The notes: generated by a model not told the origin, from the letters alone. A DNA stretch of 64,000 nt from an uncultured bacterium (GCA_963732385.1 CAVSZB010000008.1:352001-416000), one strand, 5' to 3'; counted from the stretch's first letter, positions 28,687-38,738 are shown. Translations and numbers: made by a program.

Positions 28687-30432
28687 ATGCCGATCGGTGG
28701 CTCGAAGCCCCTCGGGCAGAGACTGCTCGAGCGTGGCCTGATCACGGAAGCCCAACTGCAGCAGGCCCTTGCGCACCAGCGGCTCACCGGGAAGTACCTC
28801 CGCCAGGTGCTTCTCGACGAGCGACTCGTGGACGAGGACGCCTTCCTCAAGTTCTACGAGGAGGACCTCTCCATCCCAGTGGTGGATCTGGCCGACTATG
28901 CCATCGACCGGGAAATTCTTGCCCTCGTGCCAGCCGAGGTTTCCCGCCGTTGTCGCGCGCTGCCGCTGTTCCGGGTCGGCCAGACCCTCACGGTGGCGGT
29001 CGAGGATCCTTTCGACATGCTCGCCCTCGATGAACTGCGGTCGCTGACCGGCTGCGACATCGAAACGTGCGCCTGTCGTCGGCGCGACCTTGACGGCGCG
29101 CTCGCCTCCGCCCACGGCGGCGCCGCCGCGGAGGCCCAGGCGGAGGCGGCGGAAACGCTCGGTCGCGAGCAGGACATCACGGCCTTCGTGCAGGAGGTGC
29201 TCGAGGCAGCCTGCGCGCGCGGCTCCAGCGACATCCACTTCGAGGCCGACGAGACGACGCTGCGCGTGCGCGTGCGGATCGACGGCATCCTGCGCGAACT
29301 GGCGCGCAAACCGGTGGCCATGCACGGCCCCGCCGTCTCGCGCGTGAAGATCCTCTCCGATCTGGACATCGCCGAGAAACGCCTGCCGCAGGACGGCCGG
29401 TTCCAGACCGAACTGCAGGGCCGCCCCTTCGACGTGCGCGTTTCCACCTTCCCCACGATCCACGGCGAATCGGCCGTGCTGCGGCTGCTCGACAAGAAGG
29501 GCGGCCTGATTCCGCTCGATGAGATCGGCATGGCGCCGCGGGAGTACCTGTGGCTGCGGCAGGCCATCCGCAAACCGAACGGGATCCTGCTGGTTACCGG
29601 CCCCACCGGCAGCGGCAAGACCACCACGCTGTACTCCATTCTCAGCGCGATCGCGAACCCCGAGGTCAACATCGCCACGCTCGAGGATCCCGTGGAGTAC
29701 CAGCTGCCGCTGGTGCGTCAGTCGCAGGTGAACGAGGACATCGGCTTCACCTTCGCCTCCGGACTGCGCTCGCTCATGCGCCAGGATCCGGACGTGATCC
29801 TCGTCGGCGAAATTCGCGACCGCGAGTCGGCCGAAATCGCCATCCGCAGCTCCATGACCGGCCACCTCGTCATGTCCACCCTGCACACGAACGACGCCGT
29901 GGGTGCCGTGGCGCGGCTGATGGACATGGAAGTCGATCCGCTGCTGCTGGCCTCATCGCTGCTGGGAGTCATCGGTCAGCGGCTGGTGCGGCGGCTCTGT
30001 CCGCAGTGCCGGACCGCGCTGCCCGAACCGGAGACGAATCCGCACTTCGCCCGGCTGCAGAAAGCCTGGGACGAGATGCGGCGCGGCGCGCAGGGCGAAT
30101 CGCCGCACATCTGCCGGCCGCACGGCTGTCAGCACTGCAGCCAGAACGGGTACCGGGGGCGCGCCGCGATCTACGAGACGCTGGCGGTGAGCGACGAGAT
30201 CGAGGCGGCCATCGGTCGGCGCGCTCCGGCCGCGGAGATCCGCGCGCGCGCGCGCGCCAGCGGCATGACCGATCTCGCCGAAGATGGCTGGCGCAAGGTG
30301 TTGCGCGGCGTGACCTCCATCGAGGAGGTCGTGCGCGTGGCGCGGTTGTCCGAGGAGGACGCGGATGGCGGGATCGACGCGATGCCGGATCAGCTCGCGG
30401 TCGAGACCCTGGGACACAGCCTGATGAAGTGA
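28687..30432 (+). CDS. GspE/PilB/MshE-family secretion/pilus assembly ATPase
   Basis: MshEN-like N-terminus; SDIHFE, RLPQDGRF, Walker A GPTGSGKTTT, EDPVEY, RQDPDVILVGEIRD, TGHLVMSTLHTND, CxxC..CxxC. Confidence 0.95.
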   Translation: MPIGGSKPLGQRLLERGLITEAQLQQALAHQRLTGKYLRQVLLDERLVDEDAFLKFYEEDLSIPVVDLADYAIDREILALVPAEVSRRCRALPLFRVGQTLTVAVEDPFDMLALDELRSLTGCDIETCACRRRDLDGALASAHGGAAAEAQAEAAETLGREQDITAFVQEVLEAACARGSSDIHFEADETTLRVRVRIDGILRELARKPVAMHGPAVSRVKILSDLDIAEKRLPQDGRFQTELQGRPFDVRVSTFPTIHGESAVLRLLDKKGGLIPLDEIGMAPREYLWLRQAIRKPNGILLVTGPTGSGKTTTLYSILSAIANPEVNIATLEDPVEYQLPLVRQSQVNEDIGFTFASGLRSLMRQDPDVILVGEIRDRESAEIAIRSSMTGHLVMSTLHTNDAVGAVARLMDMEVDPLLLASSLLGVIGQRLVRRLCPQCRTALPEPETNPHFARLQKAWDEMRRGAQGESPHICRPHGCQHCSQNGYRGRAAIYETLAVSDEIEAAIGRRAPAAEIRARARASGMTDLAEDGWRKVLRGVTSIEEVVRVARLSEEDADGGIDAMPDQLAVETLGHSLMK

Positions 30433-30442
30433 GGCGCCCGTC

Positions 30443-31657
30443 GTGACGAACTACGCCTATCGCGCCCAGACCGTTGACGCCCGCGTCGTGCGGGGGTTCG
30501 TCGCCGCGCCGGATGCCGGAGCGGCGCTGGCGCAGATGGAGCGGATGCGCCTGCGTCCGATCGAACTGCGTCCCTACCGCGATCCGCCCTGGCGGCGGCT
30601 GGCGGTCCGCCTGCGCCGCGGCGCGCCGGCGGGCGAGAAGCTGCTGCTGTTGCGCCAGCTGCAGACGATGCTCGGCAGCGGAATTCCCCTCGTGCGCGCG
30701 CTGGCGGCGCTCGGCTCCCAGGTCGAAAACGCGCGCGTGCAGGAGATGGTGAACGCCGTCCGCGTCGACGTGGAGGGGGGCTCGACCCTGGCCGAGGCGT
30801 GCGCCCGTCAGCCGGGACTCTTCACGTCGCTGCAGGTGCAGATGGTGCGAGCGGCCGAACAGAGCGGTCTGCTGGAGGAGATGCTCGCCCGCATGGGCGA
30901 TCTGCACGAGAAGGAGATGGAGATCCAGCGCAACGTCCGGTCGGCGCTCTTCTACCCCGGGCTGGTCGTGGGCGAACTGGGACTGGCCATCGGCGTGATC
31001 CTCAAGTTCGTGTTTCCGCGCTTCGTCCAGATCTTCGCCGGCTTCAGCGCCGATCTCCCGGCGCCGACCGTGGCGCTGATCCGTCTCAGCAATGCTTTCG
31101 ATCGCTATGGCTGGCTGCTGCCGCCGCTGGCCGTGGCCATCTTCACGGGCTACCGCCTGGCGCGGCGGCGACCGCTGTTCGCTCTCGCGGCCGACCGGAT
31201 CAAGCTGCGCATCCCGCTGATGGGCCCGGTTTTCCAGAAGATCTACCTCAGCCGTTTCTCGCACCTGCTGGCCAACCTGACGGCCGCCGGCATCCCGCTC
31301 GTTGCCGCGCTGCGCCTGGGGGCCAACACGCTCGATAACACCTGGCTGCGCCGCGACGCGGTGGCCCTGCGCGAAGGGGTGGAGCAGGGCAAATCGATCG
31401 CCACGGCGATGGCGGACCTGGCCGCGTTTCCTCCCGTCTGCCGCGAAATGATCGCCGTTGGCGAGGAGAGCGGGCGGCTGGTGGAGACGCTGCGGCGCGT
31501 GAGCGAGTACTACGACAGGCAGGTCGACTTCGCGATCAAGAACCTGACCGTGGCCATCGAGCCGATCCTGCTGCTGGTGCTGGGCGTGGTCGTCCTCTTC
31601 GTCGCGCTGGCCGTGTTCCTGCCGATGTGGAATCTGATGGGAGCCATCAAGGGATGA
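30443..31657 (+). CDS. GspF/PilC/MshG-family inner-membrane platform protein
   Basis: RQLQTMLGSGIPL, VEGGSTLAEA, AEQSGLL, ALFYP, GEESGRL, IEPILL. Confidence 0.94.
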   Translation: MTNYAYRAQTVDARVVRGFVAAPDAGAALAQMERMRLRPIELRPYRDPPWRRLAVRLRRGAPAGEKLLLLRQLQTMLGSGIPLVRALAALGSQVENARVQEMVNAVRVDVEGGSTLAEACARQPGLFTSLQVQMVRAAEQSGLLEEMLARMGDLHEKEMEIQRNVRSALFYPGLVVGELGLAIGVILKFVFPRFVQIFAGFSADLPAPTVALIRLSNAFDRYGWLLPPLAVAIFTGYRLARRRPLFALAADRIKLRIPLMGPVFQKIYLSRFSHLLANLTAAGIPLVAALRLGANTLDNTWLRRDAVALREGVEQGKSIATAMADLAAFPPVCREMIAVGEESGRLVETLRRVSEYYDRQVDFAIKNLTVAIEPILLLVLGVVVLFVALAVFLPMWNLMGAIKG

Positions 31658-32139
31658 ATCGCCGCGGCTTCACCCTGATCGAACTGGCCATGGTGATCGC
31701 GATCTCGGCGATCCTCGCGGTCGTGTCCTATCCCACGCTGCGCGATCTGGGCAACTTCGGAGTGGCGGCGGCGGCGCGCGGTCTCGTCGCCGACATCCAC
31801 TTCGTCAAGAACCGGGCCATCACCACGCACACGGTCTGCGGCGTGGAGTTCAGCGCCTCCGGCGACACCTACACGCTCTTCACCGGCACGCCCGTCACGC
31901 CGTTGCAGCATCCGTTGCGTCCGGGGCAGGACTACCGCGTGAATCTCGGCGCGCAGGGCGTCGATCTGGTCGCCGCCAGTTTCGGTGGCGGAGCGCAGGT
32001 GCGCTTCGACGCTCTTGGCCAGCCGCTCGACGCATCCGATCAGCCGTTCCTGGCGCAGGGACGGGCGATCCTGGCCCGCGGCGCCGTGCGCGACACGGTG
32101 AGCGTCGACGCCTTCACCGGGGGGGTGCAGGGGCCGTGA
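31654..32139 (+). CDS. Minor pilin/pseudopilin (GspH/FimT/MshC-like)
   Basis: Prepilin cleavage site RRG|FTLIEL; ATGA overlap with the upstream gene. Confidence 0.85.
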   Translation: MNRRGFTLIELAMVIAISAILAVVSYPTLRDLGNFGVAAAARGLVADIHFVKNRAITTHTVCGVEFSASGDTYTLFTGTPVTPLQHPLRPGQDYRVNLGAQGVDLVAASFGGGAQVRFDALGQPLDASDQPFLAQGRAILARGAVRDTVSVDAFTGGVQGP

Positions 32140-32540
32140 GCGGATGGAGCGACCGGCGGGGCGCCTCGATGTTCGAACTGGTGATGGTGATCCTGCTGGT
32201 GGGGGTCGGGATCGTGCCGATCCTCGCCATGTTCCGCGAGGCGGCGCGTCAGGCGCCGGTGTCGGAGCTGCAGACGCGCGCCGCGCTGCTCGCGGCCGAG
32301 CGGATGGAGGAACTGGTGCGCGATCGCATGGATCCGGGGCGTGGCTACGACTGGATCGTCGCGGCGAACTATCCCGCCGATGTTGCCATCGCCGGTTTCC
32401 CCGGCTTCACGCGCACGACGACGATCGAGTCCGACACCACGATCAGCGGCGCCCCGATCCGCCGCGTGCGCGTCACGGTGGCCAAAGCTGGCGCGGCCGC
32501 GGTGGACCTGCGGACCTGGTTCGCGGAGGTGGCGCCGTGA
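32136..32540 (+). CDS. Minor pilin (PilV/GspI/MshD-like)
   Basis: RRG|ASMFEL plus hydrophobic helix; A..LAAERMEE; RVRVTV. Confidence 0.8.
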   Translation: MSGWSDRRGASMFELVMVILLVGVGIVPILAMFREAARQAPVSELQTRAALLAAERMEELVRDRMDPGRGYDWIVAANYPADVAIAGFPGFTRTTTIESDTTISGAPIRRVRVTVAKAGAAAVDLRTWFAEVAP

Positions 32541-33070
32541 TGCCTCGCTCCAGCCGGCCGGGACGCGCGGGCGTGACCCTCGTGGAGCTGGTCATCTCCA
32601 TCGTGCTGGTGACGATCGTGTCGGGCATGCTGGCGGTCACGCTGCGCGAGGGGTTCGCGGTGTACGCGGCGGCGCAGGGGCGCAAATCGGCCCTGCAGGA
32701 GGGGCGCGCCGTGCTGCTGCGCGCCGAGCGGGAGGTGCGTCAGATTCGCGACCGGGGGGCCCTGCTGGCCGCCGGGCCGAGCCTGGTGACGCTGCGCACC
32801 GTGGCCGACTCGACGGTGGGGTTGAGCTGGGCCGGCTCGCCGGGGGCGCCGCTGCTCTACGCGCGCAACGGACGGTCCTATGTATTTTGCTCCGGCGTTG
32901 ACTCGTTCGCGCTCGCCTACACGCAGGGCGACGGCAGTGCGGCGGCGCCTCTGGTGGCGCCCGACAGCACGGATGTCCGCTACCTGACCCTCTACCTGCG
33001 TTTGTCGCGCGGCGGCCAGAAGGTGGCGCTGCGCGAGGGGATCATGTTGCGCAACCTGCGGGGGAGCTGA
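32540..33070 (+). CDS. Minor pilin (PilW/GspJ/MshO-like)
   Basis: RAG|VTLVEL; R..REVRQ motif; TGATG overlap; GGAGG RBS. Confidence 0.8.
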   Translation: MPRSSRPGRAGVTLVELVISIVLVTIVSGMLAVTLREGFAVYAAAQGRKSALQEGRAVLLRAEREVRQIRDRGALLAAGPSLVTLRTVADSTVGLSWAGSPGAPLLYARNGRSYVFCSGVDSFALAYTQGDGSAAAPLVAPDSTDVRYLTLYLRLSRGGQKVALREGIMLRNLRGS

Positions 33071-33071
33071 C

Positions 33072-33443
33072 ATGCGGCGCGAGGGGAGTTCGGTCGTGGC
33101 GGCCGTGATGGTGCTGCTCGTGCTGTCGTCGCTCGGGCTGCTCCTGTCGGCCCAGGTTGCCGGCGACCAGCTCGTGGCGGCGAACCAGATCGAGGCGGCG
33201 CGCGCTTTCTATGCGGCCGAAGCGGGCCTCGAACTTGCAACCCGCTGCCTGGAAGACAGTCCCGCCTGGAGCGGCGTGCCGGCGCCGGGGCTGTCGGTGG
33301 GTCCGGCGCGGTTCACGGTAACGATTTCCGACAGTTCCGCGGCGGGGACCCCGCTGGCGAGTGGCCAGAAAAGGATCACCGCCAAGGGTGTTTCTGGCCA
33401 GGCGGAACGGCGTTTGACCCTGTTGGCGCAGTTCGGCGGTTGA
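33072..33443 (+). CDS. PilX/GspK/MshP-like minor pilin
   Basis: REG|SSVVAA (no Glu5, as in the K/X class); RAFYAAEAGLE motif. Confidence 0.8.
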   Translation: MRREGSSVVAAVMVLLVLSSLGLLLSAQVAGDQLVAANQIEAARAFYAAEAGLELATRCLEDSPAWSGVPAPGLSVGPARFTVTISDSSAAGTPLASGQKRITAKGVSGQAERRLTLLAQFGG

Positions 33444-33453
33444 GAGGGGGGGC

Positions 33454-35274
33454 ATGAAGGGGCAGCGGACAGTATCGGTGGGCCCGCGCACGCTGCGCGG
33501 TCGCAACGACCGCGTGACGGCGCTGCTCTGCGGGCACGACCGGCTGGGCGTGGCGGCGGTCCAGGCGACCCGCGGCCGTCCGCGGCTGGAAAGCCTGGAA
33601 CTGATCCCCCTGACCGCCGACCTGCTCGCAGCGCACGGCTCACCGCTCGGCTGCTGTCGCGCGTTGTTGCCGGAGCTCGTCGTTCGGCACGGCCTGCACG
33701 GGCAGCGCGCCGTGGTCGTGGTGGAATCGGCCCGTACGGCCGCCCGCTTCTGGGCCGCCCCGGACCTGCCGGAACGGGATCGTCTCGGCGCGCTCGGCTT
33801 CGAGGCGGAGAAATGGTGCCAGGCTCCCGCGGCCGGCCTGTGGCTCGGCTGTCTTGACGCGGCCCCCCCGACGGTCAGCGGGATTGAAGGCGCACATTCG
33901 GGCGTCGGCGCCTACGCGACGGAAGAGGGAGTGCTCGCGGTCGCCACGCCCCTGGATGGCGTGGCGCCGCTGTTGCGCGCGGTGGCGGAGGCGGGACTCG
34001 AACCGTGGGGCGTGACCGTGCCCCCGCTCGCGCTCGAGAGCCTGCTCATCGACGATTCCACCATCGACTCCGTCGCTACCTCGGCTGCCGTGCACATCGG
34101 TGCGCAGCGCAGCTGGCTGACGGTCTGCGCGCGCGGACGGCTGCTCATGGTGCGCGAGCTGGAGGTGGCGCGTGATGGTTTCGCCTCCGCGCTGGCGATA
34201 ATCCCGGTCGAGGGACGGGGCAGCGTGCGGTTGACCTCGGATGAGGCCGCCGACCTGCTGGCGAGCGTCGGCTGGGTAGTGGATGACGAGCCGTTCGGCA
34301 TGGCCAACGAGCAGATTCCCATGGAAGCCGTAAAATTCGCCCTGCGTCCGGTGCTGGAGCGTCTGGCCTCGTCGATCAGCCGCTCGCTCGACTTCTGCCG
34401 CGAGCAGTACTTCGTGGAGATCCCCGAGACGATCGCGTTGACCGGCGAGGGGGCGAACGTGCCGCATCTCGACACTTATCTCGGCGCGAACCTGCTCACC
34501 CGCTTCGTGTGCGGCGTCGCCTGGGAAGGGCGTCTCGACGTGGGCGGCGAAAGCGCCGAGTGCTGGTCGCGCGCGCCCGAGCTGGCTTGCGTGGTGGCCG
34601 GCGCCGCCCTGGGCGGCCTGCGCGGGCGGGTCCTGCCGGCACGGGCCGGGGCGCTCGGTCTGCCCCGCTGGTTCACGCTGCCGGTGCGGCGGATTCTGGC
34701 CGGCGCCGCCGTGGTCCTCGCGCTCGCCTGTCTGGTGACGGAAGGGCAGGCGATGCGCCTGCGGGCGCGGGCCGCGACGGACAGCGCCAGGGTGGCGGAA
34801 CTGGAGGCGCGTCTGGACGCCGCGCGGCGCGACTGGCGCGTTTCTGAGGCGGGCCGGGCGGAGCGGCAGCTGGTCGAGATCTTCGCGCGCGGCAACGTCC
34901 GCGCCGACGGTATCCTCAAGACCCTCAGCCGGGCCGTGGGATCGGAAGTGACGCTCACCGAACTGAGCCTGCCCAGCCTGAACGGCGGGCTGCTCGATCT
35001 CGTCGCCGCGCCCGCGGTGACCACGCCCGGCGGGGATCTGCCGCAGGAACGCGACATGTTGACGCTCAGCGGCGTGGTGCGCACGGATCGCGATCGCCTC
35101 GAGACCGTCCTGTCGCGGCTCATCGTCGCGCTCCAGAACGGACCGTATTTCCAGAACGTGACCTTCGTGCGGAGCGAGGAGGAGGAGCCGGGCACCGCCT
35201 CCTTCCAGCTGCGCTGCCGAATCCGCCAGGGTCTGCGTCCCGGGGCCGGGGAACGGGTGGTGGCGAATCGATGA
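33454..35274 (+). CDS. PilM-PilN-like fusion (alignment complex)
   Basis: Actin-like PilM features (VHIGAQRS, ISRSLDF, IALTGEGA..PHL), a TM helix, then a PilN-like region (VTLTELS, LTLSG, PYFQNV, FQLRC). Confidence 0.75.
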   Translation: MKGQRTVSVGPRTLRGRNDRVTALLCGHDRLGVAAVQATRGRPRLESLELIPLTADLLAAHGSPLGCCRALLPELVVRHGLHGQRAVVVVESARTAARFWAAPDLPERDRLGALGFEAEKWCQAPAAGLWLGCLDAAPPTVSGIEGAHSGVGAYATEEGVLAVATPLDGVAPLLRAVAEAGLEPWGVTVPPLALESLLIDDSTIDSVATSAAVHIGAQRSWLTVCARGRLLMVRELEVARDGFASALAIIPVEGRGSVRLTSDEAADLLASVGWVVDDEPFGMANEQIPMEAVKFALRPVLERLASSISRSLDFCREQYFVEIPETIALTGEGANVPHLDTYLGANLLTRFVCGVAWEGRLDVGGESAECWSRAPELACVVAGAALGGLRGRVLPARAGALGLPRWFTLPVRRILAGAAVVLALACLVTEGQAMRLRARAATDSARVAELEARLDAARRDWRVSEAGRAERQLVEIFARGNVRADGILKTLSRAVGSEVTLTELSLPSLNGGLLDLVAAPAVTTPGGDLPQERDMLTLSGVVRTDRDRLETVLSRLIVALQNGPYFQNVTFVRSEEEEPGTASFQLRCRIRQGLRPGAGERVVANR

Positions 35275-35903
35275 TCGTGAACCTGCGGTGGCGTAATACG
35301 CGCGTTGAACTTCTGCTGCTGGCGGGCGGGTCCGTGACGCTGCTCCTGGCCGGTGCGCTGTTGCTCGCGCCGCGTGTCCGGACCACGGCGCGGCTCACCC
35401 GTGAGGTGGCGGTCGCGACGGAACGGACGCAGCGGCTGCAGCGCGAACTTGCCCCCTACCTGCCTTTGCTGGCCAGCGCGGCCCAGCCCGGCCCCGCGCG
35501 CGTCTTCGGCGCCGCGTCGGCGGAAACCGCCATTCCCGGCCTGCTGGATCGTCTCGCCGCGCTCGGGCGCGACTGTGCGCTCACCGTGACCGCGATGTCG
35601 CCCGAGACCTCCGCTCCTCAGCCCCTGCCGGCGTCGTCCGACGGCGCGACAATGGCGGGGGCGGAAGAGCCGCGCTGTTTTCGGGTGCTGACGGTGGATG
35701 TGGAGGCGGAGGCCGATTTCGCCGGTCTGGGGCGCTATCTGGAGGCGCTGTCCGGACTCGACATTCCGCTGGCCGTGCTGGCCCTGAAGATCGAACCGGC
35801 GGGTCGCGGCGGCCTGGAGCGGGTTGTGGCGCGGTTCACGCTCGGCACCTGGGTTCTCGAGGATCCGGCCGGCGGGGAAAAGAGGCGCGATGAAGCTGCG
35901 TAG
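35271..35903 (+). CDS. PilO/GspM-like protein
   Basis: Single TM, coiled coil, ferredoxin-like end (VDVEAEADFAGLGRYLEAL); operon position. Confidence 0.7.
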   Translation: MIVNLRWRNTRVELLLLAGGSVTLLLAGALLLAPRVRTTARLTREVAVATERTQRLQRELAPYLPLLASAAQPGPARVFGAASAETAIPGLLDRLAALGRDCALTVTAMSPETSAPQPLPASSDGATMAGAEEPRCFRVLTVDVEAEADFAGLGRYLEALSGLDIPLAVLALKIEPAGRGGLERVVARFTLGTWVLEDPAGGEKRRDEAA

Positions 35904-36423
35904 GCGCGAGGCGGTCTGGCTTTTGGTGCTGGGTGGACTGCTGCTGGTCGTGCGGGGGATGGATTCACGCACGGCGTCGCTGCGCCGGAGCGCAAGCGCT
36001 GACGTGAAGAGCGCTGCCGAGACCGCCGCGCCGCCAACGGCAACGGCCCTGCCTGCCGCGCCGGGCGGCGGCTACCCCGGCGCCCTGATCTCGACGGCGG
36101 ACCTCGCGACGATGGCCTGGGGCCCCAACCCGTTTCGCAGCAGCGACTCGAGACGCGTCGAGGCGGCCCTGACCGACCGCTCCGCAATGGAAAGGCCCGC
36201 CGCTTCCGCCACGCCTGCCGGGTCGCGGGTGCCGCGCTTCCAGGGCCTGGTGACGGTGAAGGGCCGGACGCTGGCCGCGCTCGACGGGAAGTTTTTCGCC
36301 CCGGGCGAGCGGATCGGCGGCTGGCTGGTACAGGAAATCAGTCCCGGCGGAGTGACCGTGCGCCAGGTGCGCACCGGGGAAGTGCGGCGGTTGAGCCGTG
36401 AACGGACGGCATTGGCGCCCTGA
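35890..36423 (+). CDS. PilP/GspC/MshK-like accessory protein
   Basis: N-terminal TM, WGPNPF, FQGLV...AALDG...GERIGGW.V.EI....V.V; lies directly before the secretin. Confidence 0.65.
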   Translation: MKLRRREAVWLLVLGGLLLVVRGMDSRTASLRRSASADVKSAAETAAPPTATALPAAPGGGYPGALISTADLATMAWGPNPFRSSDSRRVEAALTDRSAMERPAASATPAGSRVPRFQGLVTVKGRTLAALDGKFFAPGERIGGWLVQEISPGGVTVRQVRTGEVRRLSRERTALAP

Positions 36424-36448
36424 CGCGCGGAGCCATGAGGGGGATGGG

Positions 36449-37885
36449 ATGAGAACGAGACTTTGCCTGCTGCTGGCGATGGCGTGCACGATGGCTTTCG
36501 CCGTGGCGGTCTCCGCTCGCGATGCGGACCCGGACGATCTGTCGCCGACGGCGATGCCGGCCGCTGCCCCGGCCGCTGGCCTGAAGGTCGCCATGGCGGC
36601 AGCGCAGCCGGCGGCGCCGGACGCCGTCGCGGCGTCCCTGTCCGCGCGCCCGTCCACGTTGAGCCTGGCGCTTGATGACATGCCCCTGCGTGCGGTTCTG
36701 CAGGGCCTGGCGGAGCAGGCGGGGCGCAGCCTCGTCATCGGACCCGAGGTGCAGGGCGAGGTCTCCGCCACGCTCAGCAACGTCACCTTCGAGGAGGCTC
36801 TGCGCGCGATCCTCGCCACCACGCCGTATGGCTACAGCCTGCGGGACGACGTGTGGTCGATCGGCACGCTGGCGATCGAGACCCGGGTCTTCAGCCTGAC
36901 GTACGTCGGGGGCGACGCGGTCAAGGAGGCGCTCACGCCGTTCCTTTCCGAGAAGGGACGGGTCGAGGCTTTGACCGCTCTCAACAACGGCGACATCGCG
37001 GGGACGCCGTCGAAGTCGAAGCTCGTGGTCACCGATATCCCGGATCGACTCGACCGCATCGAAGCGGTCATCCGCAGCCTCGATGTGCGGCCGCGGCAGG
37101 TGCGCATCGAGGCGCGCATGGTCGAGACCACCGTCGGGCACGACGCGTCCCTCGGCATCAAATGGAGCCTCGACGTCTCGGCGCGCGGCGGCGCGGCGCC
37201 CACCACGTTCCCGTTCCGCCACGACGGGGCGCCCGTCTCCGACTACGCAGCGACCGGCGACTCCGAGAGCGGTGGCACCGACCTTGGCGGTCGTCAGTTC
37301 CTGCCCGGCGAGTTCTTCCCCGCGCCCCAGCGCACGGATTTCGTGTTCGGCATCATGGACGCCAGCCAGCTCGGCGTGGCGGTACAGGCGCTGGAGAACG
37401 ACGTCAACGCGAACGTCCTGGCCACGCCGACGATCACCACCACCGATGGTCGGAAGGCGCAGGTGCTGGTCGGCCAGCAGATTCCGGTGCCGATCTACGA
37501 ACGGCAGCAGGAGACCGGCGTGCTCGAGATCACCGGCTACCAGCAGCAGGAGGTCGGCATCTCGCTGGATGTGACGCCCCACGTCGGACGCGACGGCGAG
37601 ATACTCATGGAGGTCACCCCCTCTACCAGCGACATCGTGGAGTTCATCGGCGAGTTCAAGGACCGTCCGATCACCAAGACACGGGTGGCGCGGACCCAGG
37701 TGGTCGTGCGCGAGGGGCAGACCCTGGCGATCGCCGGCCTGCTGTCGGAATCGGAATTCACGACGCATTCCAAGGTGCCTTTGCTGGGCGATATCCCGCT
37801 GCTCGGTCACCTCTTCCGTCACAGCGGGACCGAGAAGCGCAAAGTCGAGCTGCTGATCTTCATCACTCCGACCCTGCTGGACTGA
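36449..37885 (+). CDS. Secretin (PilQ/GspD/MshL family)
   Basis: Signal peptide; STN/N domains; QVRIEARMVE, ANVLATPTITT, VGISLDVTPHV, KVPLLGDIPLLGHLF, ELLIFITP. Confidence 0.94.
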   Translation: MRTRLCLLLAMACTMAFAVAVSARDADPDDLSPTAMPAAAPAAGLKVAMAAAQPAAPDAVAASLSARPSTLSLALDDMPLRAVLQGLAEQAGRSLVIGPEVQGEVSATLSNVTFEEALRAILATTPYGYSLRDDVWSIGTLAIETRVFSLTYVGGDAVKEALTPFLSEKGRVEALTALNNGDIAGTPSKSKLVVTDIPDRLDRIEAVIRSLDVRPRQVRIEARMVETTVGHDASLGIKWSLDVSARGGAAPTTFPFRHDGAPVSDYAATGDSESGGTDLGGRQFLPGEFFPAPQRTDFVFGIMDASQLGVAVQALENDVNANVLATPTITTTDGRKAQVLVGQQIPVPIYERQQETGVLEITGYQQQEVGISLDVTPHVGRDGEILMEVTPSTSDIVEFIGEFKDRPITKTRVARTQVVVREGQTLAIAGLLSESEFTTHSKVPLLGDIPLLGHLFRHSGTEKRKVELLIFITPTLLD

Positions 37886-37980
37886 AAATGCCGGCTCAAG
37901 CGGACGGATTGCAGGACGATAGTTGGACCGGACAGTTCACCAGGACTACGCGGCAGGCCGCGCGAATCCGCGGGAAGGTA

Positions 37981-38364
37981 ATGATGGCCCGGAAAATTCT
38001 CGTCGTCGACGACCAGGAAAACATCGCGCGCATCGTGCGCATGATGCTCGAGAACAAGGGCTACGCGACCATCTGGGCGGCCGATGGCGCCGAGGCGCTG
38101 CGTCTGGCGAAGACCGAGGAGCCGGACCTTATCCTGCTCGATGTCATGCTGCCGAAGATCGATGGTTTCAAGGTTTGCCGTCTTCTGAAGTTCGACAAGA
38201 AGTACAGCCATATCCCGATTGTTCTTCTCACCGCCAAATCGTCTCCCGGTGACAAGCAGACAGGCCGTGAGGTGGGGGCGGATTACTACCTGGAAAAGCC
38301 GTTCCAGCCGGTGCAGCTGATTCAGGTCATCGAGCAATTGCTCTCGTTGGAGGGAGTACAATGA
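37981..38364 (+). CDS. Single-domain response regulator (REC only)
   Basis: ILVVDD, DLILLDVMLPKIDG, LLTA, GADYYLEKPF; no output domain. Confidence 0.9.
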   Translation: MMARKILVVDDQENIARIVRMMLENKGYATIWAADGAEALRLAKTEEPDLILLDVMLPKIDGFKVCRLLKFDKKYSHIPIVLLTAKSSPGDKQTGREVGADYYLEKPFQPVQLIQVIEQLLSLEGVQ

Positions 38365-38738
38365 AGCGCATCGATCGTCAGGGTTTCACGCTCATCGAAC
38401 TGGTCATCGTGATCGTGATTCTCGGGATCCTGGCCACGGTTGCCATTCCGAAGTACGTGGACATGCAGACCGAAGCCCGGGAAGCGGCCGTACGAGGGGC
38501 GCTGGGCAACATTCGCGCGGCGCTGGCCATCGAGTACGCGCGCGCGGCGGTGACCACCGGCACGGCGGCGTTCCCGGCGACGCTGACAGGGGCGCTGTTC
38601 GCCGTCGGCACGGTTCCGCAGGATCCGGTGACGAATCTCCAGAAGGTCGTCACCACGTACGACGGCACGGGCGGGTGGGTCTACACCGCCGCCTCCGGTT
38701 CCGTCACCTGCAATGTGGCCGGCTACTCGACCTACTGA
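38361..38738 (+). CDS. Probable major pilin/pseudopilin (MshA/GspG-like)
   Basis: RQG|FTLIELVIVIVILGILATVAIPKY; VPQDP and GGWVY motifs; GGAG RBS. Confidence 0.88.
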   Translation: MKRIDRQGFTLIELVIVIVILGILATVAIPKYVDMQTEAREAAVRGALGNIRAALAIEYARAAVTTGTAAFPATLTGALFAVGTVPQDPVTNLQKVVTTYDGTGGWVYTAASGSVTCNVAGYSTY

